DNA of 60,802 nucleotides, counting the filler. It is 5 parts of 5 records of this genome, joined end to end, with 100 filler letters (N's around TTAATTAATTAA, not from the genome) between each part and the next. Parts side by side here need not be neighbours in the genome. Positions count along the whole stretch, not along the records: positions 1 to 30,956 come from SRR20825006_19; positions 31,057 to 38,841 come from SRR20825006_31; 3 more parts are not named here. One strand, given 5' to 3'. The notes under the pieces were generated by a model. The model was given only the letters and a program-made list of their open reading frames with translations, ran no database searches and was not told the DNA's origin. This document shows, piece after piece, positions 29,414 through 38,941 of this stretch. The stretch's first letter is position 1. Each line of letters begins with the position of its first letter. Made by a program: the position numbers and the translations under genes.

Positions 29414-29947
29414 ATGAAAAATATAATAGTAAAATTTAAAGTAAATCAGTGCCCCTGAGTTAACAAAACTCAACAATACCAAGACCTCTCTTGCCCTCAT
29501 TATTATGGGGTATTTTGTAGGAAGTCACCACAATTGGTGACAGGCCTTGGCGAGCAAGTTTCACTATCACCATATTATAGCTGGTATCTAGTGCCTGACT
29601 GTGAGCATTTTCTCGATGAGAATGGCCAATATCTACAATCTCGTTTACCCCTATCCAGCGGTCGTGATCTCAAAAAATGTGTAAAGCTGATTAACGAGGC
29701 GCATTTTGGAGGTAAAGTGACCTTAGGTGAAATTCACGATAAAGTTAGAGCCCGTGGTAGTCATGTTGCTGCAAATGCTTTTATTGATGGCGTAGGAGAT
29801 ATTGTTCTTCTTAACAAAGTCCACCCTAACGCTTATAAGATAAGTACACTATCAAAATCTAATCTTACGGTTTATGGTGGAACAAGTTTTGGTTGGAGCC
29901 TTGTAAAAGATGCAGACAACTTTATGGCTGAATATTGGCATGTTTAG
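29414..29947 (+). CDS. Hypothetical protein, 177 aa, with one in-frame TGA
   Basis: AAGGA-N8-ATG at 29414 gives MKNIIVKFKVNQCP*VNKTQQYQ..., in frame with the TTG-started ORF at 29534; TGA at 29456; ends TAG. Confidence 0.6.
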
Positions 29948-29952
29948 CTCTT

Positions 29953-29988
29953 AAAATTAAAGCCCTCATATTTGGGGGCTTTAATTTT
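29953..29988. terminator. Bidirectional intrinsic terminator
   Basis: AAAATTAAAGCCC-N10-GGGCTTTAATTTT between convergent genes. Confidence 0.7.
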
Positions 29989-30104
29989 TCAATAATTGAG
30001 ATTACAAGAGTTACTCTTCATAAGAGTAAATTTCATTACCTCTATAATTAGGGATTACCATAAGAAATAAGAAACTTAGTGAACAACACTATATGTAGAA
30101 ATTT

Positions 30105-30818
30105 CTATTTTTTATGCTGTATTCTTTGAATCTTTCCAATGTGTCCTAGTCCAAAATAAAATGGAATGCTATATTCTTTATAATTAATAATTTCTCCATC
30201 AATTTTTGCGGTTAAAGATTCTCCATTAGAAAAAACTATTCTCCTCAGATAAATTGCTACAAACAATGAGTTATATTTATGTAACTCTGATAATACACTA
30301 AATTTTGGATCAAACTTTTTGATGTATATTGAATCTGGGAAGATTTCTTCTGTTAATTCTATATTTATATTTGAAATCTCTTCTTTATAAGGGTTAGCAA
30401 ATATAAATTCTAACTCTAAGGCATCAATATATTTCCCCGAGAGATTTTTAACACTTATCTGAAAGTCATTGTTATATACGGAGGTTGTTTTATTATCATA
30501 TACAATATGAACTTCAACTTCATTTTGAAGCTTACTAAAGGATATAAACTTGTCAACTTCTTCTATAAATAATGAATCTATTTGAGAAACTGAATATTTA
30601 CCCATTTCCAACCAATAGCTATTGGTAACTACATACTTTTTATATGCTTTAATTAGTGTGCTATCTATTTTGGTGTCTCTAAACACAATTGTAGTATCAT
30701 TGACTGAGCGAAACCTTAATAACTCCTGAATTGGTTTACTTTCTTGTTCACAGCTAATTAATAAAATTGTTGCGACCAAGAAATACGTACCTGCTCTTAC
30801 CATAAATAGTGTTTTCAT
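30105..30818 (-). CDS. Hypothetical lipoprotein
   Basis: Lipobox-like 'LLISC' after a hydrophobic stretch; 237-aa open frame. Confidence 0.6.
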   Translation of the reverse strand: MKTLFMVRAGTYFLVATILLISCEQESKPIQELLRFRSVNDTTIVFRDTKIDSTLIKAYKKYVVTNSYWLEMGKYSVSQIDSLFIEEVDKFISFSKLQNEVEVHIVYDNKTTSVYNNDFQISVKNLSGKYIDALELEFIFANPYKEEISNINIELTEEIFPDSIYIKKFDPKFSVLSELHKYNSLFVAIYLRRIVFSNGESLTAKIDGEIINYKEYSIPFYFGLGHIGKIQRIQHKK

Positions 30819-30956
30819 AGTTAACTTATGCCTTACAAAGCTCCTATTTTACTTCCGGCTTTATTCTTTACTTGAGGATCACTCAAGTCAGGGAATAGAG
30901 TGGATTTAAAAATTCAGAATGAATTCCTACTCCAGCTCAAGGAGCAAGGAGAGCTA

Positions 30957-31056
30957 NNNNNNNNNNNNNNNNNNNNNNNNNNNNNNNNNNNNNNNNNNNN
31001 TTAATTAATTAANNNNNNNNNNNNNNNNNNNNNNNNNNNNNNNNNNNNNNNNNNNN
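30957..31056. other. Artificial contig spacer
   Basis: N-run, TTAATTAATTAA (stops in all frames), N-run; abrupt GC change. Confidence 0.98.
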
Positions 31057-31057
31057 C

Positions 31058-32371
31058 GGCGGTGACACATATGCCAGTGGCAAGACGACGACGCTTGATC
31101 AGCCAAGCCCACGCAGCGCTTTTGTTTCCGGCGTTTCTGCCACGCTCGATGGCCCGGTAGCCAAGGATGCACATCTGGCAGGAGGGCATGTCAGCGTCGA
31201 TGCGCCGGTAACGGGCGATCTGTATGCTGCCGGAGCCTGGGTCGTGATCAATGGCAGCATCGGCGGGGATGTTTCGGCGGCGGGCTACTCGGTGTCAATG
31301 AATGGCAATGCAACAGTTGGCGGCAATGTCCGTATCGCGGCCAATGAAATCAAGATGGATGCCACTGTTTCCGGAAGCCTGCTGGCAGCAGCGCAGGACA
31401 TCACCATCAACTCTGAAATCAGTGGTGATGTTATGCTGACAGCAGAAGAAATCACCTTCGGGCCAAACGCGAAAATCAATGGGACACTGAAGTATCTTTC
31501 GCCCTCTGCAGTCGAAATCCCTGCCAGTGTTATCGCGCCGGACCGGGTGATACACAAACGCCTGACGAGAGCCGCACTGGCCACACTCGCCAGAATGACA
31601 ATCGCCGGCGACGCTCTTCAGAACATGGGCGAGAACGGATCTATTGGCGACGCTGCGACGACGGCAGCCAAGACGGCAGCGACAAAAGAAGCGCTTTCCA
31701 TTGCCGAAAACCAGCTTCACGGAAATGATCGGGCGGTCAAAGGACTGACTGCCGGATTAGCCGTTACACTGATTTTCCTGGTTATCATCACAGCGCTGTT
31801 TCTCGCTTATATGCCGCAACGCACAGAACAGGTTCGCGCGCAACTGATTGCACGCCCGTTTTCATCTCTGGGCATTGGCTTTATAGCATTTTCGGCGCTG
31901 GTCGGCGCCATTCCGGTCGCAGCAGTTACGATTATCGGCCTGCCCCTGATTCCGTTCTTCATGCTCGCGATCCTTGTCGCCTGGGTCGTCGCCTACGCGC
32001 TGGCATCCTATTCGTTATCGTGGCAGGTGGTCACGGTCATCAAACCTATAGCTCCCTCCATGACCAACCGGCTTCTGGCAACGGCTGCCGGTATTGTGGT
32101 GCTCTCGCTTACGCATTTTCTGTGGTTCTTCGGCTGGATCATAAATCTTGTTGTCGTGCTGATCGGACTTGGTGCCATCGCGGCAACCTGCGCCAAAGGC
32201 ATGATCGATCGTAGAGTAAGCAAGAACTTTTCTGACGACAGGCAAAGCGCAGCACCGCTTGCCACAACGGCAGGTCCGGCGACGTCCGAACCGGCCTCGA
32301 CAGAAACCGATGGGGCAGACCAGAACCCGCCTTCTGAGAAAACAGACGACACGCCCCCGAAGACGCCGTAA
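31058..32371 (+). CDS. Bactofilin/polymer-forming-like beta-repeat protein with C-terminal multi-TM domain (5' truncated)
   Basis: Frame open from the contig edge; 'GDLYAAG', 'GDVSAAG', 'GNVRIAA', 'GSLLAAA' repeats, then several TM helices. Confidence 0.7.
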   Translation, partial: GGDTYASGKTTTLDQPSPRSAFVSGVSATLDGPVAKDAHLAGGHVSVDAPVTGDLYAAGAWVVINGSIGGDVSAAGYSVSMNGNATVGGNVRIAANEIKMDATVSGSLLAAAQDITINSEISGDVMLTAEEITFGPNAKINGTLKYLSPSAVEIPASVIAPDRVIHKRLTRAALATLARMTIAGDALQNMGENGSIGDAATTAAKTAATKEALSIAENQLHGNDRAVKGLTAGLAVTLIFLVIITALFLAYMPQRTEQVRAQLIARPFSSLGIGFIAFSALVGAIPVAAVTIIGLPLIPFFMLAILVAWVVAYALASYSLSWQVVTVIKPIAPSMTNRLLATAAGIVVLSLTHFLWFFGWIINLVVVLIGLGAIAATCAKGMIDRRVSKNFSDDRQSAAPLATTAGPATSEPASTETDGADQNPPSEKTDDTPPKTP

Positions 32372-32395
32372 CAGGCGAAGATCTGCACGATATGA

Positions 32396-32776
32396 TCAAC
32401 CGGGGCGGCGGCCAACTGCCCCTGTTTTCATTTGCTCAACGATCCAACGGTCGATGACATCCATGACATAGGCAATCTCGCTCTCAGTCAATGCGCGGCC
32501 GGGCGCAATCCCGTGCCACTTCATCAGGCATCCCCGGCAGCAGGTCGCGGTCGCATGTTGAGCGACAAAGACCGGGTGACCGCGCATCGGCGTCTGCTTC
32601 CCGTCATTCACCGGCAATGCTGCCGCAAGACGCTTGCGGATAAAATCCGCAGAATGGTCGTTGATTACCACACGGCCTTTTTCAGCTGCATAGGCGCGAT
32701 CCTTCTCGGAAAGTCGGAACCGGCTTCTGAAGTGCGAGCGGGAAAGCCGGTCAAAAAGAGGTGTCAGGTCGCCCAT
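32396..32776 (-). CDS. DUF4186-family protein
   Basis: 'FRSRFRL...NDGKQTPMRGHPVFVAQHATATCCRGCLMKWH'. Confidence 0.85.
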   Translation of the reverse strand: MGDLTPLFDRLSRSHFRSRFRLSEKDRAYAAEKGRVVINDHSADFIRKRLAAALPVNDGKQTPMRGHPVFVAQHATATCCRGCLMKWHGIAPGRALTESEIAYVMDVIDRWIVEQMKTGAVGRRPG

Positions 32777-32796
32777 GTCGATTTGGTTTAAGTCCG

Positions 32797-33864
32797 TCAG
32801 TTGATCCGATCGCCTGTTTTCTTGTCGAACAGGTGAACGTGATTCAGATCGAAGGAGAGCTTCACATCTGCATGACGCTCAAGTGGCAGTCGCTCTTTCG
32901 TCAAAAGCAGGATCTGATTGTCACCGGCGGTCATGGTCGCATGGGTTTCAGAGCCGGTTGTCTCAGTGAACGCTACGGTAGCCTTTGTTCCGTTTTCAGA
33001 CAGAACGACACTTTCAGGGCGCACGCCGACCACAATTTCTGTCCCTTCTGAAAGACCGTCATGAGCAGGCAGGGGCCAGTTCACACCGGCTTCGGTCCGC
33101 AGCACCGGAGCGCTATTGACACTTGCGACAATACCTTCAATCAGGTTCATCCCCGGCGCGCCGATGAAGCCAGCCACGAATACATTTTCCGGCCTGTCGT
33201 AAAGTTCAAGCGGCGTACCCGCTTGTTCGATCATCCCCTGGCGCATCAACACGATGCGCTCCCCCATGGTCATTGCTTCCATCTGATCATGGGTCACATA
33301 GATCATCGTTGTGCCCAGCCGACGGTGCAGCGCCTTGATCTCTGCTCTCATCTGGGCTCTGAGCTTGGCGTCGAGATTGGAAAGCGGCTCGTCAAAAAGA
33401 AAGGCGGCCGGATCACGCACCAGTGCGCGGCCCATCGCCACGCGCTGCTTCTGGCCGCCGGACAGTTCGGAAGGGTGACGCTCCAACTCATTGGTCAGAT
33501 CAAGCATCTCCGCTGCTCGCTCAACCGCCTCATCACGCGCCTTCCTGCTCATGCCACCCATGCGCAGTGCGAAGGCCATGTTCTTGCGCACCGTCATATG
33601 CGGATAAAGCGCAAAATCCTGAAATACCATGGCAATATTGCGCTGCCGCGGCTGCATCTTATTGGCGGTGATACCATCAACCAGAAGCTCACCGCCCGTG
33701 ATTTCCTCAAGCCCCGAGATCATCCGCAAAAGCGTGGACTTGCCGCAACCAGAAGGACCGACCAGCACAACAAACTCGCCATCAGCCACGTCAAGATCGA
33801 GACCGTGAATGACCTGCCGAGCGCCATATTTCTTGACGACATTGCGCAAAGTAAGACTGGCCAT
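32797..33864 (-). CDS. Carbohydrate ABC transporter ATPase (MalK/UgpC family)
   Basis: 'GPSGCGKST', '[14 protein letters not shown]', '[15 protein letters not shown]'. Confidence 0.92.
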   Translation of the reverse strand: MASLTLRNVVKKYGARQVIHGLDLDVADGEFVVLVGPSGCGKSTLLRMISGLEEITGGELLVDGITANKMQPRQRNIAMVFQDFALYPHMTVRKNMAFALRMGGMSRKARDEAVERAAEMLDLTNELERHPSELSGGQKQRVAMGRALVRDPAAFLFDEPLSNLDAKLRAQMRAEIKALHRRLGTTMIYVTHDQMEAMTMGERIVLMRQGMIEQAGTPLELYDRPENVFVAGFIGAPGMNLIEGIVASVNSAPVLRTEAGVNWPLPAHDGLSEGTEIVVGVRPESVVLSENGTKATVAFTETTGSETHATMTAGDNQILLLTKERLPLERHADVKLSFDLNHVHLFDKKTGDRIN

Positions 33865-34369
33865 CGCTCCCAGAACCTCCGGATGTTGCTATGTTATTCA
33901 GGGCGTCGACCATCCATGACCGTCGAATGGCCTCACGTCTTTGACGACAATCAAATGAAGCCTGTTCGCTTTATCAGTCCTGGAAAACCTAAACAAGCGA
34001 ATGGATACACCACCGGATCAGGCTTGAACCGTCTTTTTTGAAACCGCGATATCAGAGACGAATTAGAGATATTGCGAATATATTATCAAACGCACGAAAC
34101 CAATTGGTATCACACGCGTTAAATGTGGACCGGAGACAAAAAAACAAGTCCGGTCAACGGGGTGCGCCCGGCCCCTGGCGCGTGGAATCCGCGCCGGGGG
34201 TTCTCGATTTTTTAAAGACCCTTCCCGTTTATCCTGCTGCATTTTCGCCCGTCACAGTATATCAGAAAACCACAACTTGCATTGCCGCAACCAAAGCGAC
34301 CACAACAGCGCGTCCTGCACCCTAAAAGGTTCAAATACCGGGCAAATACTGAGGAAAAAGCGGAAAGAT

Positions 34370-35404
34370 ATGGCTACAATCAAAGATGTCGCCCGGGCCG
34401 CAGGCGTTTCGGTGACAACAGTTTCAGCCGCAATCAACGACAGCGCACCGGTCAGTACCGAGTTACGCGCCAGGGTTCAGGCGGCGATTGCAACGGTCGG
34501 ATATACCCCCAACCCGGTGGCGCGAAATTTACGGCTCGGCCACTCACGGCAGATTGGTCTTCTCACATCGGACCTGACAGATACAAGCCACGCAAGGTTT
34601 ACCGAGACGTTTCAGCGTGAACTGGCCCGTAGAGGATATGGCCTGCTTCTTGGTGCCAGTGGCCATACATGCGCAACCATATCACGCGAGATCGATCGGA
34701 TGAATGATGACAAGATTGCCGGCCTTGCCGTGATTTTGTCCCCGTTCGATGAGCTACTGACGCCTGAACACCTGATCCGGTTTCACGGGCCGGTCATTGC
34801 GATTGGCGGTGTGCCACCTGCATTGAACTGCGACAGCATTAACGATGACCATATTCGTGGCGCCCGGTTGATGACCCGGCACCTGCTTCAACTCGGTCAC
34901 CGTGCTATCACAGTGATTGCCGGACAAGCTGATCAGCCCGTTGCGCAGCAAAGACTGGAGGCATTGGCCGAAGCCTTTCAGGAGGCAGGATACCCACTCA
35001 GCGACGGCGCGATAGCCAGAAACCACCCGCGCGAAGAACAGGCGTTTCGCGCTGCCCAGAACATCATGTCGCAGACTGATCGGCCAAGCGCTATCATTAC
35101 CATTCACAGACCCCAGACGCTGGGCACTGTTAAGGCGCTGCGGTCATTGAACATGACAACTCCTGAAGATGTATCGCTGATTTCATTTGATGACACTGGC
35201 ACACCCGAAGGCTTTCAGCCTGAAATCACATCGCTGGAACCGGATGTTGCCGGCATGGCTGAAGCCGCTACAGAAATGATGCTCATGAGGCTGAAAGCAA
35301 CGTCAGAAAAGAACGCTCAGGCAGGTTCCGCGCCTCAGATCGTTCGGTTGCCGCCGGGACTGTTGATCCGTTCATCAACCCGTGCAATTCAGCCAGTCAA
35401 ATAA
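34370..35404 (+). CDS. LacI-family transcriptional regulator
   Basis: 'MATIKDVARAAGVSVTTVS...GYTPN..AR.L'; start reassigned to ATG 34370. Confidence 0.9.
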   Translation: MATIKDVARAAGVSVTTVSAAINDSAPVSTELRARVQAAIATVGYTPNPVARNLRLGHSRQIGLLTSDLTDTSHARFTETFQRELARRGYGLLLGASGHTCATISREIDRMNDDKIAGLAVILSPFDELLTPEHLIRFHGPVIAIGGVPPALNCDSINDDHIRGARLMTRHLLQLGHRAITVIAGQADQPVAQQRLEALAEAFQEAGYPLSDGAIARNHPREEQAFRAAQNIMSQTDRPSAIITIHRPQTLGTVKALRSLNMTTPEDVSLISFDDTGTPEGFQPEITSLEPDVAGMAEAATEMMLMRLKATSEKNAQAGSAPQIVRLPPGLLIRSSTRAIQPVK

Positions 35405-35436
35405 AAAGCAGGGCGAAAACGCCCTGCCTCTTTTTT
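35403..35436. terminator. Bidirectional intrinsic terminator
   Basis: GCAGGGCG-AAAA-CGCCCTGC flanked by A and T runs between convergent genes. Confidence 0.7.
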
Positions 35437-35455
35437 GAAAAAGCCATGATCTTCG

Positions 35456-36676
35456 TCAGGCCTTGTTCTTGTTGTAAACGTCAAACACAACGGCTGCGAG
35501 CAGCACCAGCCCCTTGATGACCTGCTGGTAGTCGATGCCAATACCCATGATCGACATGCCATTGTTCATGATACCCATGATGAAAGCACCAACGACCGCA
35601 CCGACAATCTTGCCAACGCCGCCGGACATGGAGGCACCACCAATGAAGACGGCTGCGATCACATCCAGCTCAAAGCCGTTGCCGGCTTTCGGCGTGGCAA
35701 TGTTCAAACGGGCGGCAAAGACCAGGCCGGCAAGAGCGGCCAGCATTCCCATGTTGACGAACACGACAAAGTTCAGCCTGCGGGTGTTGATACCCGAAAG
35801 TGCAGCCGCTTTTTCGTTTCCGCCGATTGCATAAACGCGGCGACCAAAAGTCGTGTTTTCGGTAATGAAGGTATAGACAACCGTCAGAATCGCCATCGAG
35901 ATCAGGACGTTCGGCAGGCCACGAAACGAAGCAAGCTTCCAGGACACAAAAATCAGAACGGCAGCTACGACAATATTTCGGCCGTAAAAGAAAGAAGCAG
36001 GTTCATCTTCAATGCCGTAAGCCTTGTTACGCGCACGGGAACGAAACGCTATATAGACGATTGCTGCAGCTGCAATCACACCTGCCGCGAGTGCAGTCAT
36101 ATTCGGGCGTCCGACACCGAAAATATCGGGAACAAAGCCGGTTGAAAGCAGCTGGAACGAGCTTGGAAAAGGCCCGACGGACTGACCGTTCAAGAGCCAG
36201 AGCGAAAGCCCGCGGAAGATCAGCATACCCGCCAGCGTCACGATAAAGGACGGTATCCGCCAATAGGCAACCCAGTAACCCTGCCACGCACCAATCAGCA
36301 TACCGGCAATGATACAAGCCGGAATCGCGACCATAACTGGCAGGTTCCATTGCACGATAATCACAGCTGCCAAAGCCCCGATGAACCCGACGATAGAGCC
36401 CACAGACAGGTCGATATGTCCCGCCACAATAACCATCAACATCCCTAGCGCCATAATGATGATGTAGGAATTCTGCAGGAAAAGGTTGGTGATGTTTACG
36501 GGCCGGAGGAGAACGCCGTTGGTCACGATCTGGAAGAACGCGATAATGACGACCAGTGCCAGCAGGATGCCGTAATCACGCATTCTCAGGGTCAGATAGG
36601 AGCGAATCGAGGGTTTGCTCGCTTCTGAATTTTCTTGGGGTGTATTCATCGTCATCTCTTTCTCATCTTCTGACAA
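35456..36676 (-). CDS. mmsB: Multiple monosaccharide ABC transporter permease (MmsB/GguB)
   Basis: '[31 protein letters not shown]', '[14 protein letters not shown]'; start may be a few codons downstream. Confidence 0.88.
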   Translation of the reverse strand: MSEDEKEMTMNTPQENSEASKPSIRSYLTLRMRDYGILLALVVIIAFFQIVTNGVLLRPVNITNLFLQNSYIIIMALGMLMVIVAGHIDLSVGSIVGFIGALAAVIIVQWNLPVMVAIPACIIAGMLIGAWQGYWVAYWRIPSFIVTLAGMLIFRGLSLWLLNGQSVGPFPSSFQLLSTGFVPDIFGVGRPNMTALAAGVIAAAAIVYIAFRSRARNKAYGIEDEPASFFYGRNIVVAAVLIFVSWKLASFRGLPNVLISMAILTVVYTFITENTTFGRRVYAIGGNEKAAALSGINTRRLNFVVFVNMGMLAALAGLVFAARLNIATPKAGNGFELDVIAAVFIGGASMSGGVGKIVGAVVGAFIMGIMNNGMSIMGIGIDYQQVIKGLVLLAAVVFDVYNKNKA

Positions 36677-38183
36677 TGAAGGACATGATGCGTTCCTGGC
36701 TCGCCTCTTCGGCTGTCAGTTCACCCACCAATGCCCCCTCGTTCATGACATAGATCCGGTCACACATGCCAAGAAGTTCAGGCATTTCAGACGAGATCAT
36801 AACCACACCCCGCTCTTCAGCGGCGAGTTGGTTCATGAGGTTGTAAATTTCGAACTTGGCGCCGACATCAATGCCGCGCGTCGGTTCATCAAGGATCAGA
36901 ACGTCAGGCTGCGTGAACAGCCATTTCGACAATACGACCTTCTGCTGATTGCCACCGGACAGGTTGACCACCTTTTGCGCCACAGACGGCGTTCGGATGT
37001 TCATGGCCCTGCGATAGTATTCAGATGTCTTGCTCTCTTCAGCCGAATTCAGAACACCGTATTTCGATACGCCGGGCAGGTTCGCCAGCGTAATATTCTT
37101 CGTAATAGGCTCATCCAGAACAAGACCGAGCGCCTTTCGGTCCTCCGTCACATAGGCCAGACCAGAAAAAATCGCCTTCGGAACGGTCGATGTATCGACC
37201 AGATTGCCGCCGAGATAGACCTCGCCGGATATGTTGCGACCATAGCTATGGCCAAAAATACTCATGGCAAGTTCGGTTCGGCCGGACCCCATCAATCCTG
37301 CAATTCCGACAATTTCCCCGGCGCGGACATTGAAGTTGGCTCCCTTGATGACCTTCCGGTCAGCATGTTCGGGATGCCAGACAGTCCAGTCCTTCACCTC
37401 CATCAGCATTTCGCCGATCCTGCGTTCCCTGTCGGGGTACCGGTTCTCCATGTCACGGCCAACCATGTCATGGATGATGCGCGCTTCTGAGACTTCCTCC
37501 GCTTTACAGTCGATATCTGAAACCGATGCACCATCACGGATCACCGTAATCGCATCGGACACCTGCTCGACCTCATTCAGCTTGTGCGAGATCAGGATCG
37601 AAGTAATGCCCTGCGACCGCAATTCTTTCAGAAGATCGAGAAGCTTCTGACTGTCGCTTTCTGAAAGAGCTGCCGTCGGCTCGTCCAGAATCAGAAGCCG
37701 GACATTCTTCGACAACGCCTTGGCGATTTCGACAAGCTGCTGCTTGCCGACACCGATCTTTTCCACCAATGTGGGAGGCGGGTCCGAAAGGCCGACTTTC
37801 TTCAGGAGTTTCTCTGTCCGGCTGAATGTCTCGGGCCAGTTGATTACTCCGCCGCGTGAGACCTCGTTACCAAGAAAAATATTCTCGGCAATTGAAAGCT
37901 CCGGAACCAGTGCCAGTTCCTGATGGATAATGATGATGCCTTTTTTTTCGCTGTCGGAAATCCCTGAAAACGTAGCAAGCTCACCGTCATAGTAGATCTC
38001 GCCATCATAAGAACCGTGCGGATAGACGCCGGACAGCACTTTCATCAACGTAGATTTTCCGGCCCCGTTTTCGCCGACGAGCGCGTGGATTTCGCCCTCT
38101 TCGACGGAAAGATCGACCTCATTGAGAGCCTTGACGCCGGGAAACGTCTTGGTGATCGATCGCATTTCGAGCAATTTAGTCAT
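36663..38183 (-). CDS. mmsA: Multiple monosaccharide ABC transporter ATPase (MmsA/GguA)
   Basis: Tandem ABC domains, '[27 protein letters not shown]', 'LSGGNQQKV'. Confidence 0.9.
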   Translation of the reverse strand: MTKLLEMRSITKTFPGVKALNEVDLSVEEGEIHALVGENGAGKSTLMKVLSGVYPHGSYDGEIYYDGELATFSGISDSEKKGIIIIHQELALVPELSIAENIFLGNEVSRGGVINWPETFSRTEKLLKKVGLSDPPPTLVEKIGVGKQQLVEIAKALSKNVRLLILDEPTAALSESDSQKLLDLLKELRSQGITSILISHKLNEVEQVSDAITVIRDGASVSDIDCKAEEVSEARIIHDMVGRDMENRYPDRERRIGEMLMEVKDWTVWHPEHADRKVIKGANFNVRAGEIVGIAGLMGSGRTELAMSIFGHSYGRNISGEVYLGGNLVDTSTVPKAIFSGLAYVTEDRKALGLVLDEPITKNITLANLPGVSKYGVLNSAEESKTSEYYRRAMNIRTPSVAQKVVNLSGGNQQKVVLSKWLFTQPDVLILDEPTRGIDVGAKFEIYNLMNQLAAEERGVVMISSEMPELLGMCDRIYVMNEGALVGELTAEEASQERIMSFIVRR

Positions 38184-38261
38184 AACGCCCTCACCCGTTT
38201 CATTTTCGAAGCCGCCCGCCGGCCTGGAACCGGCGGAAAGCTTCTCTTTCTGTCCGAGGGA

Positions 38262-38841
38262 TCAGTTTTCGATCTGCTGCATCGTGTAGTAGCCGCTGTC
38301 GTCGACAAGGATCTGTTTCCAGTTTTCCTTGGTCACTTCAACCGGCTCCAGCAGGTAGGACGGAACGACCTTTGAGCCGTTGTCGTAGGTCGAGGTGTCA
38401 TTGATTTCCGGCTCTTTGCCTTCATTGATGGCTTCGACCATCTCAACGGTGACACCGGCCAGCTTGCGCGTATCCTTGAAAATCGAAGAATACTGCTGAC
38501 CGTCGATAATCGCTTTCACGTTTGGCAGATTGCTGTCCTGTCCGGTTATGATCGGCATCTTCATGTCGCCGGAACCGTAACCAATGCTCTTCAGTGACGA
38601 AATGGCACCCATGGCCAGGTCATCATTGGAGGCGTAAACACCATTCAGTGTCTTGTCAGTATAAAACGCAGACAGAAGGTTATCCATCCGGGCCTGGGCA
38701 GCAGCATTCGACCAGTTCAGCGTGCCGATCTTGTCCATGCCCATCTGCTTCGACGGAATGACAATATCGCCGGAATCAATCAGCGGCTGGATGACAGACA
38801 TAGCACCATCGTAGAAGAAATAGGCGTTGTTATCATCCGGC
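38262..38841 (-). CDS. chvE: Sugar-binding periplasmic protein ChvE/SbpA (5' truncated)
   Basis: '[13 protein letters not shown]', 'TGQD', 'IFKDTRKLA', '[16 protein letters not shown]'; upstream of mmsAB. Confidence 0.88.
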
Positions 38842-38941
38842 NNNNNNNNNNNNNNNNNNNNNNNNNNNNNNNNNNNNNNNNNNNNTTAATTAATTAANNN
38901 NNNNNNNNNNNNNNNNNNNNNNNNNNNNNNNNNNNNNNNNN
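38842..38941. other. Artificial contig spacer
   Basis: N-run, TTAATTAATTAA, N-run. Confidence 0.98.

Larger units (their letters stand above)
25960..29988. mobile_element. Integrated phage-satellite/PICI-like replication module, apparently using UGA as a sense (Trp) codon
   Basis: Divergent XRE-like repressor and primase-polymerase-helicase, back-to-back promoters, iteron-like ori, 7 internal in-frame TGAs; boundaries uncertain and no integrase on the contig. Confidence 0.7.

Noticed and set aside
26537-29947. Selenocysteine as the meaning of the in-frame TGAs
   Set aside because: The sites match Trp rather than Cys positions, these are not known selenoprotein families, and no common downstream SECIS-like hairpin is evident.
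33061-37490. Long antisense ORFs (33061..34041, 36615..37490; likewise 47950..48969 and 50406..51404)
   Set aside because: Shadow frames opposite well-supported genes in GC-rich DNA, with no recognisable motifs.
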